DNA from: an uncultured Acidobacteriota bacterium | GTDB lineage: Bacteria; Acidobacteriota; Polarisedimenticolia; Polarisedimenticolales; DASRJG01 | Length of the DNA: 64,000 nucleotides | Reading direction: 5' to 3' | Assembly: GCA_964619965.1 (NCBI GenBank) | Contig: CAZUGP010000058.1 | Location: 5,198-69,197, forward strand | Shown: positions 9,284 through 17,807 of the stretch, piece by piece | Layout: each line of letters begins with the position of its first letter | Numbering within the stretch: position 1 is the first letter of the stretch | Program-made: the position numbers and the translations under genes | Notes under the pieces: generated by a model | What the model was told of the DNA's origin: nothing | Databases searched by the model: none | Seen by the model: the letters and a program-made list of their open reading frames with translations, nothing else

Positions 9284-9936
9284 GGCTGGCCACCCGCAGA
9301 TTCGAAGCGGACGCGATCGCCGGGGACCAAGGTCGCCGAGGCCTCGCGCGTGGGATCGAAGAGGATGAAATCGGTGCGGCCGATGACGTTCCAGCCACCG
9401 GGCGAACCGAAGGGGTAGATCCCGGCCTGCGGCCCGGCGATCGCCACGCTCCCGGCGGGGACGCGCGTTCGCGGTGCTTCGCGGCGCGGGGTGTGGAGGC
9501 GCTCCGGCAGCCCGGCGAGATAGGGGAACCCCGGCAAGAATCCGATGAAGCGGACTTCGTAGGCCGCCCCGGCGTGCGCCGCGACGACCGCTTCCGCGGA
9601 GAGACCGGTGGCGCGCGCGACCTCATCGAGATCCGGACCCTCCTCGCCGCCGTACCGGACGGGAATCGAGTGCGACCGCGCCTCGCGCTCCGGCCGGCTC
9701 GAAAGGGATCCCAAGCGTCTCCCGAGCTCGCCAATTAGCGCCTCGGGGTCGCACCGCAACGGATCGTAGCGGACCAGGAGGGTCGCGTACGCCGGACTGA
9801 GGTCGACGATCGCGTCGGGCGGGTCTTCGCGGAGCCAAGCGTGGAGAACGCGCACGTCCCGTCCCGAAGCCTCGGTGATCGCGTCGTCGAACACGACGAG
9901 CAGGCTCCGGTCGCTAGCATGCACGAGACGAGCCAC
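9280..9936 (-). CDS. pxpB: 5-oxoprolinase subunit B (KipI / allophanate hydrolase subunit 1-like)
   Basis: Family-typical blocks LLVVFDD...VDLSPAYATLLVRYDP and GFLPGFPYL. Start set to GTG at 9936, preceded by GGGGAGGG. The ORF-track ATG at 10032 would overlap the divergent dsbA start. Confidence 0.85.
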   Translation of the reverse strand: MARLVHASDRSLLVVFDDAITEASGRDVRVLHAWLREDPPDAIVDLSPAYATLLVRYDPLRCDPEALIGELGRRLGSLSSRPEREARSHSIPVRYGGEEGPDLDEVARATGLSAEAVVAAHAGAAYEVRFIGFLPGFPYLAGLPERLHTPRREAPRTRVPAGSVAIAGPQAGIYPFGSPGGWNVIGRTDFILFDPTREASATLVPGDRVRFESAGGQP

Positions 9937-10030
9937 GAGACCCTCCCCAACGTTCGACGCGGCCGCATTATCCCCGCAATGGGGTGGCGCGATCGACGGG
10001 GCGACGTAGAATCGTGCGCGAGGTGTTCCC

Positions 10031-10843
10031 ATGAACTTGAGGCGATGCGCGGTCTTGGCGTTTTTCGTATCCGCGGCCGTTCATGCCGCGGACCAATCCA
10101 CACAACCCTTGCCTGTGACCGGAAACCCCGTCGACTCCCCGGCCCGCGTCAAGAGCGGACAGGTGTTCGCCAGCACGGACGTCGACCTCCCGCCGGCCCT
10201 AGGCCCGCAGCCGGCCAAGGTCACCGTGATCGTCTTCAGCGACTTTCAATGTCCTGTCTGCCGGCGCTCGGCGGATGCCACGCAACAGATCGCCGAGGAG
10301 TTCCCGGGCGAAGTGCGCGTCGAGTTCTGGCAAAACGCGCTCGCCATGCATGCGAATGCCGAGAACGCCGCGGTCGCGTCCTTGGCCGCGCACCGGCAGG
10401 GAAAATTCTGGGAGTACCACGACGAGGTGTTCCGCAATCAGGGCCACCTCGACTACGCGAGCCTCGCTCGCTACGCCGAGCAACTGGGACTCGACCTCGA
10501 ACGATTCAAGTCCGATTACGCGGCTCCCGAGCTTCGCCTTAGGGTCAAGGCCGAGTCGGCTTTCGCCAATCAGTTCAGTGCGAAGAGCACTCCCGCTTTC
10601 ATGGTGAACGGGAAGGTGCATATCGGGTGGGGCAGCTGGTTGGGCTTCAAGGCCGACGTCGAGCGGGAGCTGGCAAGGGCCAGGAAGCTCGAGGCACCAG
10701 GGACGACGATCGAACAGATCGCCGATCAGCGAGCGCAGGCGCAGATCGAAGACCCCGACCTTCTTGGCAGCTATCGCGAGCTCGTGCTTCGCGCCGCGCC
10801 GGATTCGTCGAAGAAGAAGCAGAAGAAGGCGAAGAAGGCGTAA
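10031..10843 (+). CDS. DsbA-family thiol:disulfide oxidoreductase, secreted
   Basis: Signal peptide, thioredoxin-fold active site FQCPVCRR, lysine-rich tail KKKQKKAKKA. Confidence 0.85.
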   Translation: MNLRRCAVLAFFVSAAVHAADQSTQPLPVTGNPVDSPARVKSGQVFASTDVDLPPALGPQPAKVTVIVFSDFQCPVCRRSADATQQIAEEFPGEVRVEFWQNALAMHANAENAAVASLAAHRQGKFWEYHDEVFRNQGHLDYASLARYAEQLGLDLERFKSDYAAPELRLRVKAESAFANQFSAKSTPAFMVNGKVHIGWGSWLGFKADVERELARARKLEAPGTTIEQIADQRAQAQIEDPDLLGSYRELVLRAAPDSSKKKQKKAKKA

Positions 10844-10848
10844 CGCGA

Positions 10849-12975
10849 TCAGTTCACCGCCCGGTAGGGACGGTGGTCACGATAGAGCGCGACGCGCGAC
10901 TGGATTTCGTCGACGATCGTTGTTTGGTCCGCGGCGCGGGCCAAGGCCAAGGCCTCCTGCGCCGTCGCCACCGCCTCGTCGAAGCGCCGCGATTCGGCGT
11001 ACGCCGCGGCCAAAGTGCCCAGATAACCCACGACCTTGCGGTCGGTGAGAGCGCAGGCCTGTTCGGCCAATCGAACGGCTTTTGCGCCGTTTCTCAGTCG
11101 CGGGTCGTCGTCGGTCGCGTGGATCCAAGCCAGAGTGTTGAGGGCGGTCGTCGAATTCGGTTGGATCTTAAGGACCTGCTCGAAATGAGCCATCGCCTTT
11201 TTCGACTTGCCGGCGCGCAGCAAGACCAAACCGAGGGCGCTGTGCGCCTCGACGAGATCGGGCTTGATGCGGAGCGCTTCCTCGAGATGCGGGACGGCCT
11301 CGGCTTCCTTCCCGATCCGGCCCAACGCGAACGCGAGTTTGAGCTGTGCCGAGGCGAGGTCTCCGCTGGCAACGGGTACGGGTTTCCCTGATTTCTGCGC
11401 CTCGGTGAGAATGTCGACGATCGTCGCGTACCGCTCCACGGCGTCCGCCGGCCGGTGCTCGTGGCTCGCGATCAGCGCCAGCTGCTCGTGTGCAGCGATG
11501 AGTCCCGGCCGGCTGCGGACGACATCGAGCAGCTCCTTCTCGGCCTCCGCGACGACGTCCGAGTGAAACAGGGCATTCGCTCTCTCGAGCCGTTCGAAAG
11601 TCGGTATGAAGTCCTTCGGATCTTCCAACCCCGGATCAAACGCGGAGGTGGAGGGCGCCGCACCACCACCGACATAGCCTAGGGACTGAAGCCGCACCAC
11701 CGTGTCGGGGTCGACCGTCGCATGGGCGTCCGCCTTTGATTCCGATTCGAACTCCTGCAGCATCCCCTCCAAACGCTCCCGCAACCGCTCGGCGACCAGC
11801 GGCTCGCTGTCGAAGACGTTGGTCTTCTCGCCGGCGTCTTTGGTCAGGTCGTAGAGCTCCTGCCGGGGAGCCCGGATGTATTTCCAGGGGCCTTCGAGTA
11901 CGCCGTAGAGGGGGCTGCATTGGAACTGCGCGGCCACCAGCGACTCGCAGTAGAGCGCTCGCGGCCCGCCGGGCACCGGCCGCCCCTCCAGCGGACGGCG
12001 CAAGCTCACCCCGTGCATCACCGCCTTGGGCTCCAAACCGACCAGATCCAGCACCGTCGGCACGAGATCGACCAGACTGACCCTGCCCTCGAACCGGCTG
12101 CCGCTACGGCCTCGGGGTGCCCGGATGACCAGGGGAACGTGTTGCGCGACTTGATAGATGAAAAATCCGTGTGACTTCTCGCCATGCTCGCCAACGCTCT
12201 CGCCGTGGTCGGCTGTGATCACGAGCAGTGTGTTGTCGTACGCGCCCAACGCGCGGAGCCGAGAGAGGACCTGGCCGATCCAATCGTCGACGTAGGCGAT
12301 TTCCCCGGCGTAGGGGTCATCCGCGTAGGCCGACGCGAACGGCTCCGGCGGTAAGTAGGGGAGGTGGGGGTCGTAGTAGTGAAGGAACAGGAAGAACGGT
12401 TTCCCGGCGTGTTGCTCCAACCAGGCCAAGGCCGGGCGGCTGACCTCTTCGGCCGTGCGCTCGGCGTGCGATGACGCGATCACGGCTCTTCTCGTGAATT
12501 GGCAGTCGTAGGTCTCAAAGCCCTGATTGAGACCAAACACCGTATCCAATGGAAACGCGCCGACGAACGCTGCCGTCTGGTAGCCGGCGTCCCGGAGGAT
12601 CTCGGCCAAAGTCACGCTCGAGTCGGCCAGTCCGATGCCGTTGTTGAGGCGTGCTCCATGGGTCGGTGGATAGGTCCCCGTCAACATGGACCCGTGCGCC
12701 GGTGTGGTCAGGGGAATGGGGGTTGACGCCTGTTCGAACAGGACGCCGTCTTCGGCCACCGCATCGATGTGAGGCGTCGTTTTCCGCTTGTAGCCGTAAC
12801 CGCTCAGGTGATCCGCACGGCAGGTATCGATGCTGATCAGCACGACGTTGCGGACGCCGTCGATCCGGGAATACCGGTAGAAGAAATGCCACCCCGTGAG
12901 ACCCGCGATGAGAATGGAGACGGCAATCACCGGGAACGCCCGCCGGAATCGACGGGGGCGGGGCACGTCCTGCAT
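10849..12975 (-). CDS. sulfatase-like (alkaline phosphatase superfamily) enzyme fused to C-terminal TPR repeats
   Basis: N-terminal anchor, then ISIDTCRADHLSGYGY and PLTTPAHGSMLTG (sulfatase-family blocks with Thr in the nucleophile position). The C-terminal third is TPR-like. The ATG at 12975 overlaps the upstream stop by 1 nt (TGATG). Confidence 0.85.
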   Translation of the reverse strand: MQDVPRPRRFRRAFPVIAVSILIAGLTGWHFFYRYSRIDGVRNVVLISIDTCRADHLSGYGYKRKTTPHIDAVAEDGVLFEQASTPIPLTTPAHGSMLTGTYPPTHGARLNNGIGLADSSVTLAEILRDAGYQTAAFVGAFPLDTVFGLNQGFETYDCQFTRRAVIASSHAERTAEEVSRPALAWLEQHAGKPFFLFLHYYDPHLPYLPPEPFASAYADDPYAGEIAYVDDWIGQVLSRLRALGAYDNTLLVITADHGESVGEHGEKSHGFFIYQVAQHVPLVIRAPRGRSGSRFEGRVSLVDLVPTVLDLVGLEPKAVMHGVSLRRPLEGRPVPGGPRALYCESLVAAQFQCSPLYGVLEGPWKYIRAPRQELYDLTKDAGEKTNVFDSEPLVAERLRERLEGMLQEFESESKADAHATVDPDTVVRLQSLGYVGGGAAPSTSAFDPGLEDPKDFIPTFERLERANALFHSDVVAEAEKELLDVVRSRPGLIAAHEQLALIASHEHRPADAVERYATIVDILTEAQKSGKPVPVASGDLASAQLKLAFALGRIGKEAEAVPHLEEALRIKPDLVEAHSALGLVLLRAGKSKKAMAHFEQVLKIQPNSTTALNTLAWIHATDDDPRLRNGAKAVRLAEQACALTDRKVVGYLGTLAAAYAESRRFDEAVATAQEALALARAADQTTIVDEIQSRVALYRDHRPYRAVN

Positions 12976-13445
12976 CAAACCGGCTCGAACACCACGCGCT
13001 CCGGGTTGTCTCCCGCATGAAACGCGAAGTAGGTCTCGACCGTCACCTCGGGGAACGTCTCGCGCAAACGCGAGGCAGCGCGCCTCAAGTCAAGTATCTG
13101 CCGCTCACGGAGGTCGATCGTGAACGAGAATCGCTTGTGCTGTTTGTACCACGCGCAGTCCTGGTGGGCGATCGCGACGATACGCCTCGTCCCGTGCGCC
13201 TGGATGAGAGACTCCAGCCGCCGCCTCAGGAAATTGAAGTCCTTCGGCACGAGGTCGAACAGGGTGAGCGGCTCGATCCCCCCCGGGACGGCCAGGAAGT
13301 CGGCGTGCAGATCCGCCTTCAAGTGGTTGATGGTGAAATCCTGGATTTGAGCCCGCCAGCGGCCGTCGACGCACGAGATGATCGCGGTGTCCGGTCGCTT
13401 CGGGTTCCAGGGGACCGTGCTCTCGAAGATCGTCTCGACAGCCAT
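12975..13445 (-). CDS. hypothetical 156-aa protein with a beta-carbonic-anhydrase-like CxDxR...HxxC signature
   Basis: ISCVDGR (C25, D27, R29) and AHQDCAW (H94, C97). Translationally coupled to the sulfatase-like gene. The functional call is speculative. Confidence 0.6.
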   Translation of the reverse strand: MAVETIFESTVPWNPKRPDTAIISCVDGRWRAQIQDFTINHLKADLHADFLAVPGGIEPLTLFDLVPKDFNFLRRRLESLIQAHGTRRIVAIAHQDCAWYKQHKRFSFTIDLRERQILDLRRAASRLRETFPEVTVETYFAFHAGDNPERVVFEPV

Positions 13446-13458
13446 CGCGCGCTACCGT

Positions 13459-13561
13459 TCCGCAGCCTTGGAGTAGGGGACACTCCCCTTTTTCTTGTCA
13501 AAGCGGTATCCGAGGAGCTTTGTAAGAAAAAGGGGAGTGTCCCCTACTCCAAGGCTGCGGA
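13459..13561 (-). terminator. 103-nt perfect hairpin (38-bp arms, 27-nt loop) directly after the flotillin stop; possible terminator or REP/MITE-like element
   Basis: I checked all 38 base pairs by hand: 13459..13496 pairs with 13524..13561 without mismatch. It starts 4 nt after the flotillin stop codon and ends 14 nt before the next start codon. Each arm contains the sub-hairpin AGGGGA-CAC-TCCCCT. Confidence 0.6.
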
Positions 13562-13564
13562 GCA

Positions 13565-15103
13565 TTAGGCGGGCTTCCTTCCGCTGGCGGGCGCCGAGCG
13601 CGACTCGGCCTCGTTGGCGGCGGCGTCGGTCTTGGCCTGCACCAGCCGCACGACGTCGATGCCGAACTGGTCCTTCAGCATGGCGAGCATGGCGGTCATG
13701 CCGCCGCCCACGGTCCCCATGACCTTGCCGATGCCGCCACCGCCGCCCGCGCCGTTTCCCATCTCGATGATGTTGATCTTGTCGATCCCCGCGAGCTGGG
13801 TGGCGAAAGCCTGCGCCAGCTCGGGCATCTTCTCGACGAGCATGTTGAGGACCGCGGCTTCGTTGAAGTTCTTCCAGGCCTCGGACTTCTTCTGGAGTCC
13901 TTCCGCCTCTGCCAGGAGCTTCTTCTTGATGACCTCGGCCTCGGCCTCGCCGACCGCCAGGACTTTGGCGGCCTCGGCGCGGCCGATCCGCTCGATCTTC
14001 GCGGCCTGTCCCGCGCCCTCGTACTCGAGCTCCTTCTGGGTCGCCTCGGCCTTGATGATCGTCGCCTGCTTCTGTCCCTCGGCGCGGAGGATCGCCGCCT
14101 GGCGCTCCGCTTCGGCGGGCTTCACGACGGTGGCTTGCAGCTCCTTCTCTTTGCGGAGCGCCTCCTGCTCCTGGACGAGAACCTCCTGCGCCTTCCTCAC
14201 CTGGTCGATGCGCGTCTCTTGCTCGGTGACCTTCTGCTTGGCGATCGCGGTCGCCAACGGTCCGGCCTGTTGGGCTTCGGCTTGCTTCCCTTGCACCGCC
14301 GCGTTGAACTCGGCCTGGCGGGTCTCCTTGTCGCGCAGCGACTGCGCGATCGTCACGTCGGCCTCGTAACGCTTCGTCTTTCCTTCCTGGTCGGCGTTCG
14401 CCGATTGGATCATCGCGTCTCGCTGGGCCAGCGCCTCGCCGATGACCGCGTCGCGCTTGACCTCGGCCGTCCGCTTCTTCCCCAAGGCGTCCAGATAGCC
14501 CTCATCATCGCTGATCTGTTGGATGGTCAGAATGTCGATGTTGACGCCCATCTTCTTGAGATCGACCGCCGCCTCGTCGGTCATCTTCTGCGCGAAGGCC
14601 TGCCGGTCGGCGTTGATCTCCTCGACCGTCAGCGTCCCCAAGATCGCCCGGAGGTGTCCTTCGAGCGTCTGAAAGATGACCCCCTTGATCTGCTCCACCG
14701 TCATGCCGAGGAACCTCTCGGCGGCCGAGCGCAGCGACATGTCGTCGCCGGCGATCTTGACGTTGGCCACGGCCTCGACCGTGACGGGCACGCCTTCTTT
14801 CGTGTAGGCGCGATGGATCTTCAACGGGATCGAGATGATGTTCAGGGAGAGGTAGGCGACTTGCTCGAGCACCGGGACGCGGAGCGCGGCGCCGCCTCGC
14901 ACCACGCGGAACCCGACCCTGGTGCGCTGTCCCTTCTCGTCGATCAGCGTCTGCTTCCGCCCGTAGAAGATCGCGACCTGCGAGGGTGGGACCTTGATGT
15001 AGTTGCGGGCGAACAGCGCCATCGCCGCGAAGATGCCCAAGAGTCCCAGGAGGACCGCGATGGCGATCGTGATCGCCGAGAAACCGCCGATGAGACCGCT
15101 CAC
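13565..15103 (-). CDS. flotillin-like SPFH/band-7 protein
   Basis: N-terminal TM segment, an SPFH domain (VAIFYGRK...TKEGVPVTVEAVANVKI), and a long Ala/Glu/Lys/Gln-rich coiled coil. The GTG start at 15103 overlaps the NfeD stop (GTGA). The upstream 104 codons of the track ORF overlap nfeD. Confidence 0.9.
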   Translation of the reverse strand: MSGLIGGFSAITIAIAVLLGLLGIFAAMALFARNYIKVPPSQVAIFYGRKQTLIDEKGQRTRVGFRVVRGGAALRVPVLEQVAYLSLNIISIPLKIHRAYTKEGVPVTVEAVANVKIAGDDMSLRSAAERFLGMTVEQIKGVIFQTLEGHLRAILGTLTVEEINADRQAFAQKMTDEAAVDLKKMGVNIDILTIQQISDDEGYLDALGKKRTAEVKRDAVIGEALAQRDAMIQSANADQEGKTKRYEADVTIAQSLRDKETRQAEFNAAVQGKQAEAQQAGPLATAIAKQKVTEQETRIDQVRKAQEVLVQEQEALRKEKELQATVVKPAEAERQAAILRAEGQKQATIIKAEATQKELEYEGAGQAAKIERIGRAEAAKVLAVGEAEAEVIKKKLLAEAEGLQKKSEAWKNFNEAAVLNMLVEKMPELAQAFATQLAGIDKINIIEMGNGAGGGGGIGKVMGTVGGGMTAMLAMLKDQFGIDVVRLVQAKTDAAANEAESRSAPASGRKPA

Positions 15104-15663
15104 AGCGAACCCCCCGGAGCCCGCGCCGCGGCGCGCTCCACGATGATCGAATCGCCCCGTAGATCCGTGACGACGACCTCCGTTCCCGGGGCGATGGCCC
15201 CGCCGTCCTTCGATCGCGCGATCTGCGTCGTTCGCTCCCCGCCGTACTCCAGCGTGACCTGTCCCATCCCTCCCTGCGGGATGCCGATCGTCACTTCGGC
15301 CGTCTTTCCGATGAGGCGCGACATCTGCACCTCGCTCGACGCTTGCTGGGAGTACAGGATCTTCGCGAACTGGTAGACGATCCCGGACATGACCGCGCCG
15401 GTGACGACACCGCACCCGGCGGCCGCGGGGTGTTGGAGGCCGTAGTAGCGGGCGACCACGCCGCCGACGCCGAAGGCGGTGAGAAACGAGGCCATGATGC
15501 GCGCGCTGAAGATGCCCGGGCCGGCCTCGTGGCCGATGTCCCCGTGGCCGCCACCCATGTCTCCGGCGTGGAGGTCATGATCGCCGCCGAACACGTCGCC
15601 GACGAAGAGCATCACGAGCAGAAAGAGCAGCCCGAAAGCCCCGATCGCAGCATAGAGGAGCAT
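15100..15663 (-). CDS. NfeD-family membrane protein (flotillin partner)
   Basis: TM segments plus a C-terminal OB-like block (GKTAEVTIGIPQGGMGQVTLEYGGERTTQIARS). Classic nfeD-flotillin pairing. Confidence 0.8.
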   Translation of the reverse strand: MLLYAAIGAFGLLFLLVMLFVGDVFGGDHDLHAGDMGGGHGDIGHEAGPGIFSARIMASFLTAFGVGGVVARYYGLQHPAAAGCGVVTGAVMSGIVYQFAKILYSQQASSEVQMSRLIGKTAEVTIGIPQGGMGQVTLEYGGERTTQIARSKDGGAIAPGTEVVVTDLRGDSIIVERAAARAPGGSL

Positions 15664-15694
15664 GCCTGACGCTACCTTTCAGCCGAGCGGATTG

Positions 15695-17788
15695 TCAATG
15701 CAGCTGCTGCGAAAGGAAGGTGTAAGCCAACGCCCACATGTGCGCGGCCTGCTTATTGTCGGCGGCGCCGCCATGGCCGCCCTCGATGTTTTCGAAGTAG
15801 CGGACGTCGTAACCCATCCCCTTCATCCTGGCCATCATCTTGCGCGCATGGCCCGGATGCACGCGGTCATCGCGGGTGGATGTCATGAACAGGATCGGCG
15901 GGTAATTCTGGCCTGCCGCGACGTTCTGGTAGGGGGAAAAGGTCTTGATGAACTCCCACTCCTCCGGCTTGTCCGGATCGCCGTACTCCGCCATCCACGA
16001 GGCACCCGCCAAAAGATGCGAGTACCGCTTCATGTCCAAGAGGGGCACCTGACACACCGCTGCGCCGATGAGCTGCGGGTAGAGCGTGATCATGTTGCCG
16101 ACCAGGAGTCCGCCGTTGCTTCCCCCCTCGATGCCCAAGTGCTTCACGGACGTCACGTTGCGCGCGACCAAGTCCTGCGCCACCGCGGCGAAGTCCTCGT
16201 AGGCGCGCGGACGATTCTGCTTGAGCGCCGCCTGGTGCCATCGCGGTCCGTACTCCCCGCCGCCGCGGATGTTGGCGAGCACGTAGACGCCGCCCTGGCT
16301 CAGCCACGCCCGTCCTACCGTGCCGCTGTAGCGGGGAACTTGCGAGATCTCGAAGCCGCCGTAGCCCGTGAGGAGCGTGGGGCGCGTGCCATCCAGCTTG
16401 AGGCCTTCGCGGGACACCTGGAAGTAGGGAATGCGCGTCCCATCCTTCGAGGTCGCGAAATGCTGACCGATCGCGAGGTCTGTGGCATCGAAGAACGCCG
16501 GCGACTCCTTGAGCTTCATCAAGGGCTTGCCGATCGCGCCGTGGTTCAGCGTCGTCGGCGTGAGGAAATCCGTGACGGTCATGAAGACGTCGTCGGACTC
16601 GTCGGGATCGACCCCGTTGGCCGACACGCTGCCGAACGCAGGTGCTCCCTTGAGCGGCTGCCGCTGCCAATCACCCTTCCCCGCGTTCCGGCCGGGAGTC
16701 AGCACGTAGAGGCGGTTCTTGACGTCGTCCAAAACGTCGAGGATCAGGTGGTGCCGGGTCCAGTTGTATCCTTCCAGCGAGGTCGTGGCCGTGGGCTCGA
16801 ACAGAACGATGAGCTGGCGCTTACCCGCCATGAAGTCGTCGAAGCGCGCGGCGAGCAGGGACCCGGCGGCGTAGGTCTTGCCGCCCACGGTCCACGCTGT
16901 CCGAGGCTTCACCACGAGCCATTCGCGCGCGACGGAAATCTCGGCATCGTCTTGGACCTCTATCCTGCGCTTTGCGCCATCCTTCCCGAGCAGATAGGTC
17001 TCGCTGGTGAAGAACGACGGGGAACGGACGACGAAGTCGCGCGTAAACCCCGGGGTGGGGTCGTGGTAGGCCGACGCCGCGATGTCGCTTTCCAGGCCCT
17101 CGTAGACGGTTTTCGCCGCAGACAGCGGAGTGCCGCGCTTCCAGAGCTTGGCGATGCGCGGGTATCCGGAGGTCGTCATCGAACCGGGGCCGAAATCCGT
17201 GCTGACGAAGACGGCGTCGCGATCGATCCAACCGGCGCCGCCTTTGGCCTCTTCGAGCTGAAATCCGCCGACGACGAAAGTCTTCGTGTCGACGTCGAAC
17301 TCACGGGTCACGGTGGCGTCCGCGCCTCCTCTGGAGAGCGCGATCAGGCATCGCCGGTTCCCGGGCTTCAGGAACTCGGCCCCTTTGAAAACCCAGTTCT
17401 CCTTCTCGGCCTTGGAAAGAGCGTCGACGTCGAGAACCGGCTCCCACTTGGGATTGGCCTTGCGATATTCCGCCAAGGTGGTCCGGCGCCAAAGGCCGTG
17501 GGAGTGCTCGGCGTCGCGCCAGAAGTTGTAGTAGTACGCGCCATGTTTGGTGACGTACGGGATCTTCGCATTCGAGTCCATGATGGCGAGGAGATCGGCC
17601 TCCAACGTCTTGAAGGATGCCCCGGACTCCAGCTCCTTGGCCGTCTCGGCGTTCCGCTCACGCACCCAAGCGAGCGCGGCGTCCCCGGTCACGTCCTCCA
17701 GCCAAAGGTTGGGATCGTCCTCGGCCGCTATCGCCGGAGCGCCGGACTGAGCGAGGACCAGGGCCAGCGCGATCCAAGTCCACTTCAT
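15695..17788 (-). CDS. prolyl oligopeptidase family serine peptidase (S9A), secreted
   Basis: Signal peptide MKWTWIALALVLAQSGAPAIA, beta-propeller N-domain, catalytic GGSNGGLL serine motif, C-terminal His block (GHGG). Confidence 0.93.
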   Translation of the reverse strand: MKWTWIALALVLAQSGAPAIAAEDDPNLWLEDVTGDAALAWVRERNAETAKELESGASFKTLEADLLAIMDSNAKIPYVTKHGAYYYNFWRDAEHSHGLWRRTTLAEYRKANPKWEPVLDVDALSKAEKENWVFKGAEFLKPGNRRCLIALSRGGADATVTREFDVDTKTFVVGGFQLEEAKGGAGWIDRDAVFVSTDFGPGSMTTSGYPRIAKLWKRGTPLSAAKTVYEGLESDIAASAYHDPTPGFTRDFVVRSPSFFTSETYLLGKDGAKRRIEVQDDAEISVAREWLVVKPRTAWTVGGKTYAAGSLLAARFDDFMAGKRQLIVLFEPTATTSLEGYNWTRHHLILDVLDDVKNRLYVLTPGRNAGKGDWQRQPLKGAPAFGSVSANGVDPDESDDVFMTVTDFLTPTTLNHGAIGKPLMKLKESPAFFDATDLAIGQHFATSKDGTRIPYFQVSREGLKLDGTRPTLLTGYGGFEISQVPRYSGTVGRAWLSQGGVYVLANIRGGGEYGPRWHQAALKQNRPRAYEDFAAVAQDLVARNVTSVKHLGIEGGSNGGLLVGNMITLYPQLIGAAVCQVPLLDMKRYSHLLAGASWMAEYGDPDKPEEWEFIKTFSPYQNVAAGQNYPPILFMTSTRDDRVHPGHARKMMARMKGMGYDVRYFENIEGGHGGAADNKQAAHMWALAYTFLSQQLH

Positions 17789-17807
17789 GAATGCCTCCAG
17801 GTTGCGC

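Noticed and set aside
13459-13561. MITE interpretation of the 38-bp inverted-arm element
   Set aside because: Not rejected outright, but I could not find a target-site duplication or a second full copy in the window. It is reported as a hairpin or repeat of uncertain nature, not as a mobile element.
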